Source: an uncultured Mycoplasmatota bacterium (GTDB taxonomy: Bacteria > Bacillota_I > Bacilli_A > RF39 > UBA660). Taken from it: DNA of 64,000 bases. Within the stretch, counting starts at the first letter, position 1, and each line of letters opens with the position of its first letter. This document shows positions 29,909-38,494 of this stretch, one piece after another. The notes beneath the pieces are model-generated. The model was given only the letters and a program-made list of their open reading frames with translations, did not search any database and was not told the origin of the DNA. Location: positions 3,160 to 67,159 of the forward strand of contig CANTCQ010000007.1 of NCBI GenBank assembly GCA_947652325.1. The letters are read 5' to 3'. A program made the position numbers and the translations under genes.

Positions 29909-31225
29909 CTATTTACTATTCAAACAGTCCTGTAAGACTAAAACTTTTTTATGTCCGATTTCTTTTGCATAAACAACATTTGTAGCATTTTCAAATTGTT
30001 CTCTTATTAAATTAAAATAACTTTCTTTGTTGGAACTTATTAATTTATATATATCTTCTACTGGAGTATTTATTAATAATTTTGGTGACAACGGGTCAAA
30101 CTCTTCTTCAAGTCTCCCATTTCTAAACTCCATTTTATTTCTAAAGGTTTCTATATTCTCACAAATAATTGCAATAAAACTATCTTTTCCAAATCTTTTT
30201 TGGATAGTTACCATAATCTCTTTTAATTCTTCACTCGTTATTTTGCCTTCACTAAAAACAGGTAAATTAAATTCTTCATTTACAAGAATTTTTCTGCGAA
30301 ATTCAGGTTTAAATGTACGTTTTTCCCAAAAATATTTAATATAGATTGATTGATTATTTTTATAAATTTCCATTGTATGATGATTTCCCTCACCTGTTCC
30401 TCCTCTAAATACTATTGCTGAATTCGTTTGACTGTCTTTTATAAAAGGATAATCTTCAACTCGTAAATTTAAAGGAAAATAATTTTCCACATCCGTATCT
30501 TTCGTATTTTCTAAACATATTCCTCTTAAGTAATTACATATATCTCTTTGCTTAAAATTATTTATTCCGAAAATAATATCATTATTTTTATAAAAAAAAT
30601 ATTTATCTTGTGAATCATTTGTTTTTATCTTATTAGATAATCCGTAAGTAAAAACTCGTTCAAAAGCTTTAGTTCCAAGCTTTTGTCCATTAAAGGAATG
30701 CCTAAAAACTTTTGTTAATAATGGTTGATTATACATATTATCATTTTCTAATATATTTTTATTGTATCTAACAGTGAACTTCTCTCCATCATTTATAAAA
30801 AAATGAATAGAATTGGGCATCTCTTTTTCAATAATTAATTCATATTTTTCTTTTATAAATGTTATTTTTGTTATAATAGGGTTATTTTCTCCAATATAAT
30901 AAAGAGCCTCTATGTTAGCATTTTTATTTTTTACTTTCGTACTAATAAAACGTGTTACACATCCGCTATAATTTAGTAAATCTGCATCTTCAGTAAATTT
31001 TCCTTCGTAAGAAGTATTGTATTTTGTATCTACTATTACTATAGAAGGACAATCATAATCTATCTTTTCTATTTTATAATCATCTTCTCTTTCTCTATCA
31101 ATTAAAATATTAAAATAAGATGCTATTTCAAATAATGTGGCTGTTCCATCCGTTCTTTCTTTTGTATAAAATTTGTGTGTTCTTCTTATAGAACGTTTTA
31201 TATATTCTATATCATTTTGTCCCAT
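29909..31225 (-). CDS. Hypothetical protein (~438 aa), last gene of the putative SOS-controlled operon divergent from lexA.
   Basis: RBS AAGAGG before MGQNDIEYIK. No recognisable domains. Confidence 0.5.
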   Translation of the reverse strand: MGQNDIEYIKRSIRRTHKFYTKERTDGTATLFEIASYFNILIDREREDDYKIEKIDYDCPSIVIVDTKYNTSYEGKFTEDADLLNYSGCVTRFISTKVKNKNANIEALYYIGENNPIITKITFIKEKYELIIEKEMPNSIHFFINDGEKFTVRYNKNILENDNMYNQPLLTKVFRHSFNGQKLGTKAFERVFTYGLSNKIKTNDSQDKYFFYKNNDIIFGINNFKQRDICNYLRGICLENTKDTDVENYFPLNLRVEDYPFIKDSQTNSAIVFRGGTGEGNHHTMEIYKNNQSIYIKYFWEKRTFKPEFRRKILVNEEFNLPVFSEGKITSEELKEIMVTIQKRFGKDSFIAIICENIETFRNKMEFRNGRLEEEFDPLSPKLLINTPVEDIYKLISSNKESYFNLIREQFENATNVVYAKEIGHKKVLVLQDCLNSK

Positions 31226-31314
31226 ATGTACCTCTTCTTTTTGTTTATATTTTATCATGTATCAACACTTATTAACAATAAAAAATTGTATCAAAGAAGA
31301 TACATGTTTTCTTA

Positions 31315-31647
31315 TTATATCCATTTGGCAAGTGTTCCATTTAGAACCATTTCTTTTTCGGTTAAGGCATCAAATAAATTAATATTTAAACTATTACAAA
31401 TCGAAACAAGTACGAGGAATATGTCAGCAATTTTGGACTCAGAATTTTTATAATTTTCTTCTTTAATCGAAACACGTACTTCACGCCCTAATTCTATTAC
31501 ATTAAAGAATAAACGGAACATTTCACTTGCTATATCTTTTTTATTAAATGTATTTACATTTATTTTTTCTTCTACGTAAGCTTGTATTAAATCCAGGCTA
31601 TCTTCACGTGATAATTTGTTTAGTAATTCTTCTTTTTTTATATTCAT
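31315..31647 (-). CDS. MazG-like all-alpha NTP pyrophosphohydrolase domain protein (110 aa), tentative.
   Basis: Small helical protein with an E-rich central helix (FNVIELGREV) and an IADIFLVL...NINLFDA pattern resembling MazG/YpjD-type house-cleaning NTPases. Confidence 0.4.
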   Translation of the reverse strand: MNIKKEELLNKLSREDSLDLIQAYVEEKINVNTFNKKDIASEMFRLFFNVIELGREVRVSIKEENYKNSESKIADIFLVLVSICNSLNINLFDALTEKEMVLNGTLAKWI

Positions 31648-31650
31648 TAT

Positions 31651-31800
31651 TTAATCCTCCATTCCTATTGCAACAATCGTATTGTTGTTTTTTTCTATTT
31701 CATTTAGATGTCTAAATCTGGCATTTAGTATAAATACCCCAAAAACGATAACCGAGTAAAGAAAAATTGCTCCACTATATTTTGTTATTAATTTTTTCAT
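31651..31800 (-). CDS. Small single-pass membrane protein (50 aa), first gene divergent from lexA. It is a candidate SOS cell-division inhibitor analogue.
   Basis: RBS AGAGGGA 7 nt before ATG. MKKLITKYSGAIFLYSVIVFGVFILNARF... has one TM helix. It sits in the genomic position of yneA/sosA. Confidence 0.5.
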   Translation of the reverse strand: MKKLITKYSGAIFLYSVIVFGVFILNARFRHLNEIEKNNNTIVAIGMED

Positions 31801-31860
31801 ATACATTCCCTCTTTCTGAATCCACTTTAACACGTATATTTGTTCGTGTCAATATCTTTA

Positions 31861-31874
31861 TGAACATTTGTTTG
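31861..31874. promoter_or_regulatory. Candidate LexA (Cheo) box between the divergent lexA and SOS operon promoters.
   Basis: tGAACATTTGTTTG versus the Firmicute consensus CGAACRNRYGTTCG (12/14). It overlaps the lexA -35 region. Confidence 0.45.
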
Positions 31875-31922
31875 ACTTTTTACATTTGCTATGATACGAT
31901 GATTATGGAGGTTACGTTTAAA

Positions 31923-32540
31923 ATGAAAGAACTAACTACAAAACAAACGGAAGTCTTAAATTTTATTAAAAAATATACAGCTATGCATGGGTATCCCCCT
32001 GCTATTCGAGAAATTTGTGCTGGACTTGGTTTATCTAGTCCTGCAACGGTTCATGCTCATGTTAAAAAGCTAGAAGAAGCTGGAGTTATTAAAACGAGTA
32101 ATAACAAATTTAGAACGATTGAAATCTTAGTGGAAAATGAATATGTAGAAAAAGAAGAAGATGTTGTAAAAATTCCTCTTTTGGGAAAAGTTACAGCAGG
32201 AAGTCCAATCGAGGCTATTGAACAACCCAATGAATTTTTTAATATTCCTGCTTCTTTGGTTCCTAGAAAAGAAGTTGTATTTGCTTTACATGTAAGTGGT
32301 GAATCGATGATTAACAAAGGAATATTCGATGGAGATTATGTAATAGTACAAAAGCAAAAGGTAGCTCGTAATGGCGATGTCGTTGTTGCCATGACGGAAG
32401 ATAATGAAGTTACTTTAAAAACGTTTTATAAAGAAAAAGATTATGTACGCTTGCAACCTGAAAATGATACAATGGCTCCAATTATTTTAGCAAATTGTAC
32501 TATTTTAGGAAAAGCGATTGGTTTATATCGACAATTTTAA
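31923..32540 (+). CDS. lexA: LexA repressor.
   Basis: N-terminal wHTH and C-terminal S24 peptidase with the cleavage-site AG and catalytic S...K (VSGESMIN). Start at MKELTTKQTEV after GGAGG. Confidence 0.9.
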   Translation: MKELTTKQTEVLNFIKKYTAMHGYPPAIREICAGLGLSSPATVHAHVKKLEEAGVIKTSNNKFRTIEILVENEYVEKEEDVVKIPLLGKVTAGSPIEAIEQPNEFFNIPASLVPRKEVVFALHVSGESMINKGIFDGDYVIVQKQKVARNGDVVVAMTEDNEVTLKTFYKEKDYVRLQPENDTMAPIILANCTILGKAIGLYRQF

Positions 32541-32590
32541 AAAAGACACTATTAAGAAAAACTCGTATGTTATTTTTGATGCGAAAGTTT

Positions 32591-33655
32591 TTAGAGCCCA
32601 TATCTTCGATTAAATTTTTCTATTTGAGATAATCTTTTCTTTTGTAAAGTATACGATTGTTCTGTTTGGCTTTGTTCTTGATATGTTGTTTCATTATAAT
32701 TTATCAAATTTTCTTTTCTTAACTCTTCTTCATTATTAATGTATCCAAAAGTTACATTTCGATTTTTTAGTAAATTATACTGTGCTTCACTTAGTAAGTA
32801 TATTTTTTCACCAAAAAATATTTGTTTTAAATATACTGTGCTTATATATCCTTTTATAAAATTTAAATTTATTTCTACTGCTGTTGGAAACGAGGCATTT
32901 ATATCTGATAATGAAGGAACATTGACATGTAAAGTTTTGTTATGCGCATTTATCAAATATTTGTGGGAATGTCCATGAAGTACAATAGGAGCGGTTGGAA
33001 GTAATACTTTTCCACCTAATATATGATGATAAAGTAATATGTTATCATTTTTTATATTTATAATTGTATTATTAAATCCACCAATAATAATATCTTGGCG
33101 ATAACTTTTTGCAATTTCAATAATATTTTGTGCACTACTTTGTAAAGCACTTTTATCATGGTCTCCTGCTACTCCAAATGTTAAAATATTTTTATCAAAT
33201 GGATAATCCTTAATAAAATGTTCTATTTGTAAAAAGGTGTCTTCTATGTTTTGTTGTGTTTTTGAAAAAGTACCATCTATCAAATCACCACAACAGAAAA
33301 TAATATGAATTCCATTATTTATACAATAATCAAATGCTTTATCTAATAAATCTAATCGCTCTAAAGAACTTCCAAAATGTAAATCCGAAATTGCTAGACA
33401 TCTAAATTCTGTTTCTTTATGGGATGTAATTATATTTAATTGTTGTTTCTCATTCAACTCCTTTATTGAAAAAATAGGTTTATAAGAAATAACTCCATTA
33501 GAATAATATTTTTGTTTTAATAAGAATCCTTTATTTTTTAAATTTGTTAAATTATTAAATAGCTGTTTATTTGAAATGTTTAAAATAGAACATATTTCAT
33601 TACAGGTCTTCTTTTCCTTTAAAAGCTGTATTAATTGTGTAGTTTGGTCTGACAT
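32591..33655 (-). CDS. Fusion of an N-terminal HTH domain to a calcineurin-like metallophosphoesterase.
   Basis: N-terminal ~70 aa HTH-like (CNEICSILNISNKQLFNNLTNLKNKGFL). The phosphoesterase motifs are ISDLHFG, GDLIDG, GNHD-like GDHD and GHSH. Confidence 0.7.
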   Translation of the reverse strand: MSDQTTQLIQLLKEKKTCNEICSILNISNKQLFNNLTNLKNKGFLLKQKYYSNGVISYKPIFSIKELNEKQQLNIITSHKETEFRCLAISDLHFGSSLERLDLLDKAFDYCINNGIHIIFCCGDLIDGTFSKTQQNIEDTFLQIEHFIKDYPFDKNILTFGVAGDHDKSALQSSAQNIIEIAKSYRQDIIIGGFNNTIINIKNDNILLYHHILGGKVLLPTAPIVLHGHSHKYLINAHNKTLHVNVPSLSDINASFPTAVEINLNFIKGYISTVYLKQIFFGEKIYLLSEAQYNLLKNRNVTFGYINNEEELRKENLINYNETTYQEQSQTEQSYTLQKKRLSQIEKFNRRYGL

Positions 33656-33680
33656 AAATATATCCCCCTTTTTTATTGGG

Positions 33681-33716
33681 CTATATTATAACTCCCCCCC
33701 CCCGATACTTGTCAAG
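33681..33716 (-). promoter_or_regulatory. SigmaA-type promoter of the HTH-phosphoesterase gene with a G10 tract in the spacer.
   Basis: Minus strand: TTGACA-agtatcGGGGGGGGGGagt-TATAAT. The spacer is 19 nt and a strong RBS AAGGGGGAT precedes the ATG. Confidence 0.6.
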
Positions 33717-33734
33717 CAAAAATGGCATAAAAAA

Positions 33735-33760
33735 AACAGATAATGCTCTGTTTTTTTCAA
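33735..33760. terminator. Bidirectional rho-independent terminator downstream of the rhomboid gene.
   Basis: AAAAAAACAGATAATGCTCTGTTTTTTT hairpin flanked by A- and T-runs. Confidence 0.65.
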
Positions 33761-33766
33761 AAATTT

Positions 33767-34906
33767 TTATCTAAACAACACAAATATTAAAAATATAAGA
33801 TAAATAATTAGGACAATTGCACCATTTAATTTATCGTTTTTTTCAGATTTGCCTATAATACCAACTGCCATTGTAGCAAGATATCCTCCTATTAAACCAC
33901 CCAGATGCGCAGCATTATCAATACCACTCATCATAAACCCTAAAAACAAATTCATTAAAATTAAAGGAATAATTTGAGCTTTTAATATGTTTCCTAAAAA
34001 CAATCGGTAATGGTAACCAAAGTAAAGCATACTGCCAAGTAACCCAAATATGGCTCCACTTGCTCCAACGGAGATTGTTGTTGAAAATATAGATGACATG
34101 AGGCTTCCACTTATAGCACTTATGATATAAACAAATAAAAATTTCTTTTTCCCGATGAAATTTTCAAGCTGAGAACCTATAATACATAATGAATACATAT
34201 TGACAAACAAATGGATTAGACCAGCATGTAGCAATGTCCCAGTTAACAGGCGCCATATTTCTCCTTCTTGAATAGCTGGTGCAGATACTGCTCCAAATTT
34301 ATAAAGCGTTAAAGCGTTCATACTTCCATTCCCTAAGGCATAAGTAAGCAAAAACATAATCGTACAGATTGTCATAATAGCATAGGTAATGATTATTTTT
34401 TTTGGTTTAAACGTTGCTTCATAAATTCGATTATTTTTTTCCGTTTTGGCGTTAATACCTTCTGTTACATTTAAAATCAAATCAATTCCTTTTGTATCTT
34501 TTATCAACTTATTTTCTATGCTCGGGAAAAAAGGAATAATTTTTGTTGTTTCTTTTTCGCTTCCATCTTTTAAAATAACTGTCTTAATATGTTTATCTTC
34601 AAGAGGTTTTACTTCATCATTTACATCTAAAAAAATATTAAATGTATTCATTGTAAATGAAACGGTTTTTTTCTTTATTTGGCGCATTACATTTTTTATT
34701 TTAAATAAATCAGTTCTTAATTGCTCATTGTTATGAATATAATTAGAATTAATACGAACGATTTTATATTTTGCTTCACTATTTTCTAACCAAACTTCAT
34801 CTTTTACACCATTTACTATAATTGGTACATAATTTTCTTCTGTTATAAAATAATGAACAAGTCGCATTACGATTTCATCTTTTTTAGTAATTGTAATTGT
34901 ATTCAT
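33767..34906 (-). CDS. Rhomboid intramembrane serine protease with an N-terminal cytoplasmic domain (YqgP/GluP-like).
   Basis: Six TM core with GASGAIFGLLG (GxSG) and a downstream His. ~180-aa soluble N-terminal domain. Confidence 0.8.
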   Translation of the reverse strand: MNTITITKKDEIVMRLVHYFITEENYVPIIVNGVKDEVWLENSEAKYKIVRINSNYIHNNEQLRTDLFKIKNVMRQIKKKTVSFTMNTFNIFLDVNDEVKPLEDKHIKTVILKDGSEKETTKIIPFFPSIENKLIKDTKGIDLILNVTEGINAKTEKNNRIYEATFKPKKIIITYAIMTICTIMFLLTYALGNGSMNALTLYKFGAVSAPAIQEGEIWRLLTGTLLHAGLIHLFVNMYSLCIIGSQLENFIGKKKFLFVYIISAISGSLMSSIFSTTISVGASGAIFGLLGSMLYFGYHYRLFLGNILKAQIIPLILMNLFLGFMMSGIDNAAHLGGLIGGYLATMAVGIIGKSEKNDKLNGAIVLIIYLIFLIFVLFR

Positions 34907-35282
34907 TTCATTCTCCCTTTGGTACTATTATTTTAGTATATTTCATATCTTTAGTAAAGAGGTGATATTTATTCTACTCCTTTATTTTACAATTGGTTTT
35001 ATTTTCACTCATTTACTTCTTTTTGTTCCAATTCGAAAAATTATTATCCAAGAAAAAGTAGACAATGACTTTTTATTTATATATCTCAGCAATCTCATTT
35101 TACTTTTTACTTTTTTCTTTTTCTTTATTTTAAACAATAATTTACTTTTTTCTTTTTATATTTCCTTATTTTTAATGATTTTTTCCTATTTATTTGTTTA
35201 TCATATCAAAAATATTTTGGGGAAATATCAATTTTATAGTTTACCATATTTTTTCTTTAGTGTTTATACTTTTGCCAAAATT

Positions 35283-36185
35283 TTAATTTTTTTTCTCTTC
35301 TAACGTTTCTAAGTATTCTGCAAAATAAGAAGGCAAAGAAGATGAAAAATACATTTCTTTTTTGGTAATAGGATGAATGAAATTAATTGTTTTTGAATGC
35401 AAAAACTGCCCTACTTCTTCATATTTTTGTTGTCCATATACGGGGTCATTAAAGATAGGATATCCAATGTATTTCATATGTACTCTGATTTGATGTGTTC
35501 TTCCTGTTTCTAAATGTAAACTTACTAATGTATTTTCTGTATACCTTTTTAAAACAGAAAGATGTGTAATAGCATTTTTCGAATTTTCACTTGTCACAGT
35601 CATTTTCTTTCTATTTTGTTTATCTCTTCCAATAGGAGCATCTATTTTGGCTTTGTTATGTGGTAATATTCCACAAAGAAGCGCTATATACTCCCGTTTT
35701 ACTGCATGATTTTTAAAGTCCTCTGTTAAAATGGAATGGGCTTTATTTGATTTGGCAACTAACATAAGTCCCGAAGTATCTTTATCTAAACGGTGCACAA
35801 TTCCAGGTCGTTCTTGCCCATTACAGTCACTTAAATTTTTTGTGTAGTATAATAGGCCGTTTGCAAGTGTATTTTGTTTATTTCCACTTCCAGGATGAAC
35901 CACCATCCCAGTTGGCTTGTTAATAACCATTATGTCTTCATCTTCATAGAGAATATCTAATTTCATTGGAATTGGAAGCAAATTCGTATCTTCTTCCAAT
36001 TCTCTTACAATTTTTATTGTATCCTTTTCTTTTACTTTATAACTAGGTTTTGTAGGTATACCATTTACCAAAATATCTTCTTTTTCAATCATTTTGATAA
36101 GAGTACTTCTAGAATATGCTGTTGTTTCAGCTAAAAATTTATCAAGGCGTTTTTGCATTGGTTCTGTTACTACTATTTCTTTCAT
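35283..36185 (-). CDS. rluD: RluD/YlyB pseudouridine synthase (S4 domain plus RluA-family catalytic domain).
   Basis: S4-like N-terminus and the HRLDKDTSGL catalytic Asp motif. It follows lspA as in Bacillus. Confidence 0.85.
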   Translation of the reverse strand: MKEIVVTEPMQKRLDKFLAETTAYSRSTLIKMIEKEDILVNGIPTKPSYKVKEKDTIKIVRELEEDTNLLPIPMKLDILYEDEDIMVINKPTGMVVHPGSGNKQNTLANGLLYYTKNLSDCNGQERPGIVHRLDKDTSGLMLVAKSNKAHSILTEDFKNHAVKREYIALLCGILPHNKAKIDAPIGRDKQNRKKMTVTSENSKNAITHLSVLKRYTENTLVSLHLETGRTHQIRVHMKYIGYPIFNDPVYGQQKYEEVGQFLHSKTINFIHPITKKEMYFSSSLPSYFAEYLETLEEKKN

Positions 36186-36636
36186 TTTTGTCTTCTCCTT
36201 TTATAATGGCTATTATTAAAAGAAATACACCTATAACAATAAAAGTATCGGCGAAATTAAATACGGGATAATGATAATTAAATATTTTAAATGATAAAAA
36301 ATCTCTCACGTATCCTAAAAAAATCCGGTCAATTAAATTCCCAAAGATACCACCTATTATAAAGCCAAATGCTATGTTATTTCTTTTATTTTCTTTAAAA
36401 TTATACATATATCGATAAATAATAACAAGTGCTATTATACTTGTTATTATTAATATTTCTACTTTATAATTAAAAATGCTCCATGCAGCACCATAATTTT
36501 CAAGAGGATAAAGCGAGAAAAAATCTTTAATGATTATTACTTTTTCATTTATATGAATAAACATATTCATCATAATTTTCGTTGTTTGGTCTATTAATAA
36601 AGCTATAACTGCTGCTAAAAATATTTTTCGATTCAT
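36142..36636 (-). CDS. lspA: Lipoprotein signal peptidase II.
   Basis: 4-TM protein with conserved NxGAAW-like and FNFAD motifs (GAAWSIF, FNFADTFIVIG). Confidence 0.85.
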   Translation of the reverse strand: MNRKIFLAAVIALLIDQTTKIMMNMFIHINEKVIIIKDFFSLYPLENYGAAWSIFNYKVEILIITSIIALVIIYRYMYNFKENKRNNIAFGFIIGGIFGNLIDRIFLGYVRDFLSFKIFNYHYPVFNFADTFIVIGVFLLIIAIIKGEDKNERNSSNRTNAKTP

Positions 36637-36674
36637 ACTTACTAGCTCCTTTTTGTATTATAGCAATACACCTT

Positions 36675-36905
36675 TTATATTTCAACCAATATTACATCTT
36701 CCCCAATTTTTTTTATTTCTTTCATACTTACGTTTACTTCACTACTCGTGCCAAAAAAGTGAAAAAATCTTTTAGGTTCTATTACAAAATATTTGACTGC
36801 TCCATTTTCTTCCAGTTCAATATCTACAATTCTCCCTAATTTTCTCCCATCCACAATGCTTACCACATCTTTTATTTGTAAATCTGAAACACGCATAGAT
36901 ACCAC
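36675..36905 (-). CDS. YlmC/YmxH-family PRC-barrel sporulation protein.
   Basis: 76 aa with the PRC-barrel motif VVSIVDGRKLGRIVDIELEENG. Confidence 0.75.
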   Translation of the reverse strand: MVSMRVSDLQIKDVVSIVDGRKLGRIVDIELEENGAVKYFVIEPKRFFHFFGTSSEVNVSMKEIKKIGEDVILVEI

Positions 36906-37441
36906 CTTTATAAAAGATATGACTAAGTATTAAAAAAATGTCTAGAGGTCTTGGATATTTAATCTCTTCTTTGATTATTCTTTGCTAAAGTAGTTTTATG
37001 ATTTTCATCCTATATCAATTGATTGAATACTCATATAGTAAATATATATCTGTTGAAAATTGTAAAGTATATAGTCTGTTGCGTAATTGAGATTTTCTTT
37101 CTTTTACAAAAAAATATGGATTTTTTTATCCCATTTTACTATATAACATATAAAAGCAAATGCTTTGTCTTTGCTTCTCTAATATTCTTAAAATTTTTCC
37201 TACTAATAAGCTTTCTACATTTTCCCATAGTATAATAGTATTATCTAAAAAGATTAACCTAAATGTATAGGTTAATCTCTCAAAGTATTGGTTTTATTTT
37301 CCCATATCTCATTTTTTTATATCCATCATAATAGGTGTTATATTATCTTCAAAAATTTTGTTTTCTTTGTAGCAAATTCTGGAAAGTCTTACAAACTTTA
37401 TTTCTTGTTACTCCACTTTTACTTCAATAATTATATTGTTT

Positions 37442-37909
37442 CTACTTTGCATCTGTCGTTCCAAAGCCACCTATTCTTATGCCATCTGCTTGGTCATTGT
37501 CTACCAGTAAATATTTTTGAAATATAGCTTGTCCAATGACATCCCCTTTTTTGATTTCTATATCGTGGTCTAAAATATTATAATATTGAAAATAAAAGTG
37601 ACCATCGTTCGTTTCATTTTCATAATAATCTGCATCTATTACACCAATACTATTGCTCATTACTAAACCTTTTTTTGGCCCCGAGCTACGATTTACAAGC
37701 ATATACCATTCATCGTCTTGACAATATGCTTTTAATCCTGTTGGGATAAGTGTTGGTTTTCCACCTAGTTGAAATGGAGGAATTACTACATCCTCAGCAG
37801 CTTCTATATCATATCCTGCGGCATGTTTTGTCTTTCTTACAGGCAAATGAATGTCTTTATCTTCCCAACCTTTTGCTATTTCAAATCCTCTTATTTTTTC
37901 TTTTAACAT
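37442..37909 (-). CDS. dut: dUTP diphosphatase (dUTPase).
   Basis: Motifs AGYDI, RSSGPKKGLVMSNSIGVIDADY and C-terminal GGFGTT. Confidence 0.8.
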   Translation of the reverse strand: MLKEKIRGFEIAKGWEDKDIHLPVRKTKHAAGYDIEAAEDVVIPPFQLGGKPTLIPTGLKAYCQDDEWYMLVNRSSGPKKGLVMSNSIGVIDADYYENETNDGHFYFQYYNILDHDIEIKKGDVIGQAIFQKYLLVDNDQADGIRIGGFGTTDAK

Positions 37910-38484
37910 CTACAAACACTACTTTCTATATTATTTAATTCTTCTTTATTATGCTTTGCTATATCCGTATTATCAATATATAACACAATTTCTTTTTGTT
38001 CTAAAGATTTTTTTACGTCAATAATTCTTTGATTGGAACTTCCCACATAATGGAGTTTTTCATTGGCAAGCTTTAACACAAATCTTCCTTCCAATAAAAC
38101 ATCGATATTTTCTAAAATTTCTTTTAGATTTTTATCATCATGCATTTGCTCCATTAGTTCTTCCCATGTGTATCCTGTATAAGACCAAATGGTTTTATTA
38201 GGATATATTTTTTTTACATTGGTTACTAAATCGCGAATGTTTTTTCGATTTGGAATAAAGAGTGGATCCCCTCCTGAAAGCGTAAGTCCACTACACCAAT
38301 CGGTATCTAACTCCGCATAAATTTCTTTAATGGCATCATCATCAAAATCTACTCCATCGTTTTCATCCCAAGTAAGCGCATTTTGACAAGCTGGACAGTG
38401 ATGAATGCAACCACTTGTCCATAAAACTACACGAAGTCCTTCTCCGTTTAACATATCAGCTTTTGTTATATTATGATATTTCAT
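37903..38484 (-). CDS. nrdG: Anaerobic ribonucleotide reductase activating protein (radical SAM).
   Basis: GCIHHCPACQN cluster motif. It overlaps dut by 7 nt and follows nrdD. Confidence 0.85.
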   Translation of the reverse strand: MKYHNITKADMLNGEGLRVVLWTSGCIHHCPACQNALTWDENDGVDFDDDAIKEIYAELDTDWCSGLTLSGGDPLFIPNRKNIRDLVTNVKKIYPNKTIWSYTGYTWEELMEQMHDDKNLKEILENIDVLLEGRFVLKLANEKLHYVGSSNQRIIDVKKSLEQKEIVLYIDNTDIAKHNKEELNNIESSVCRC

Positions 38485-38494
38485 TTTTCTTCAC

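Noticed and set aside
34962-35303. 113-aa Phe/Leu/Ile-rich ORF with a GTG start.
   Set aside because: The start codon is embedded in the only SD-like sequence, giving zero spacing. The composition reflects AT-rich DNA (TTT/ATT/TTA) and the ORF overlaps the rluD 3' end.
37023-37527. Two small plus-strand ORFs (70 and 79 aa) in the ymxH-dut spacer.
   Set aside because: No RBS and low-complexity F/L/I composition. The region is more likely the promoter/UTR of the ymxH-lspA-rluD operon.
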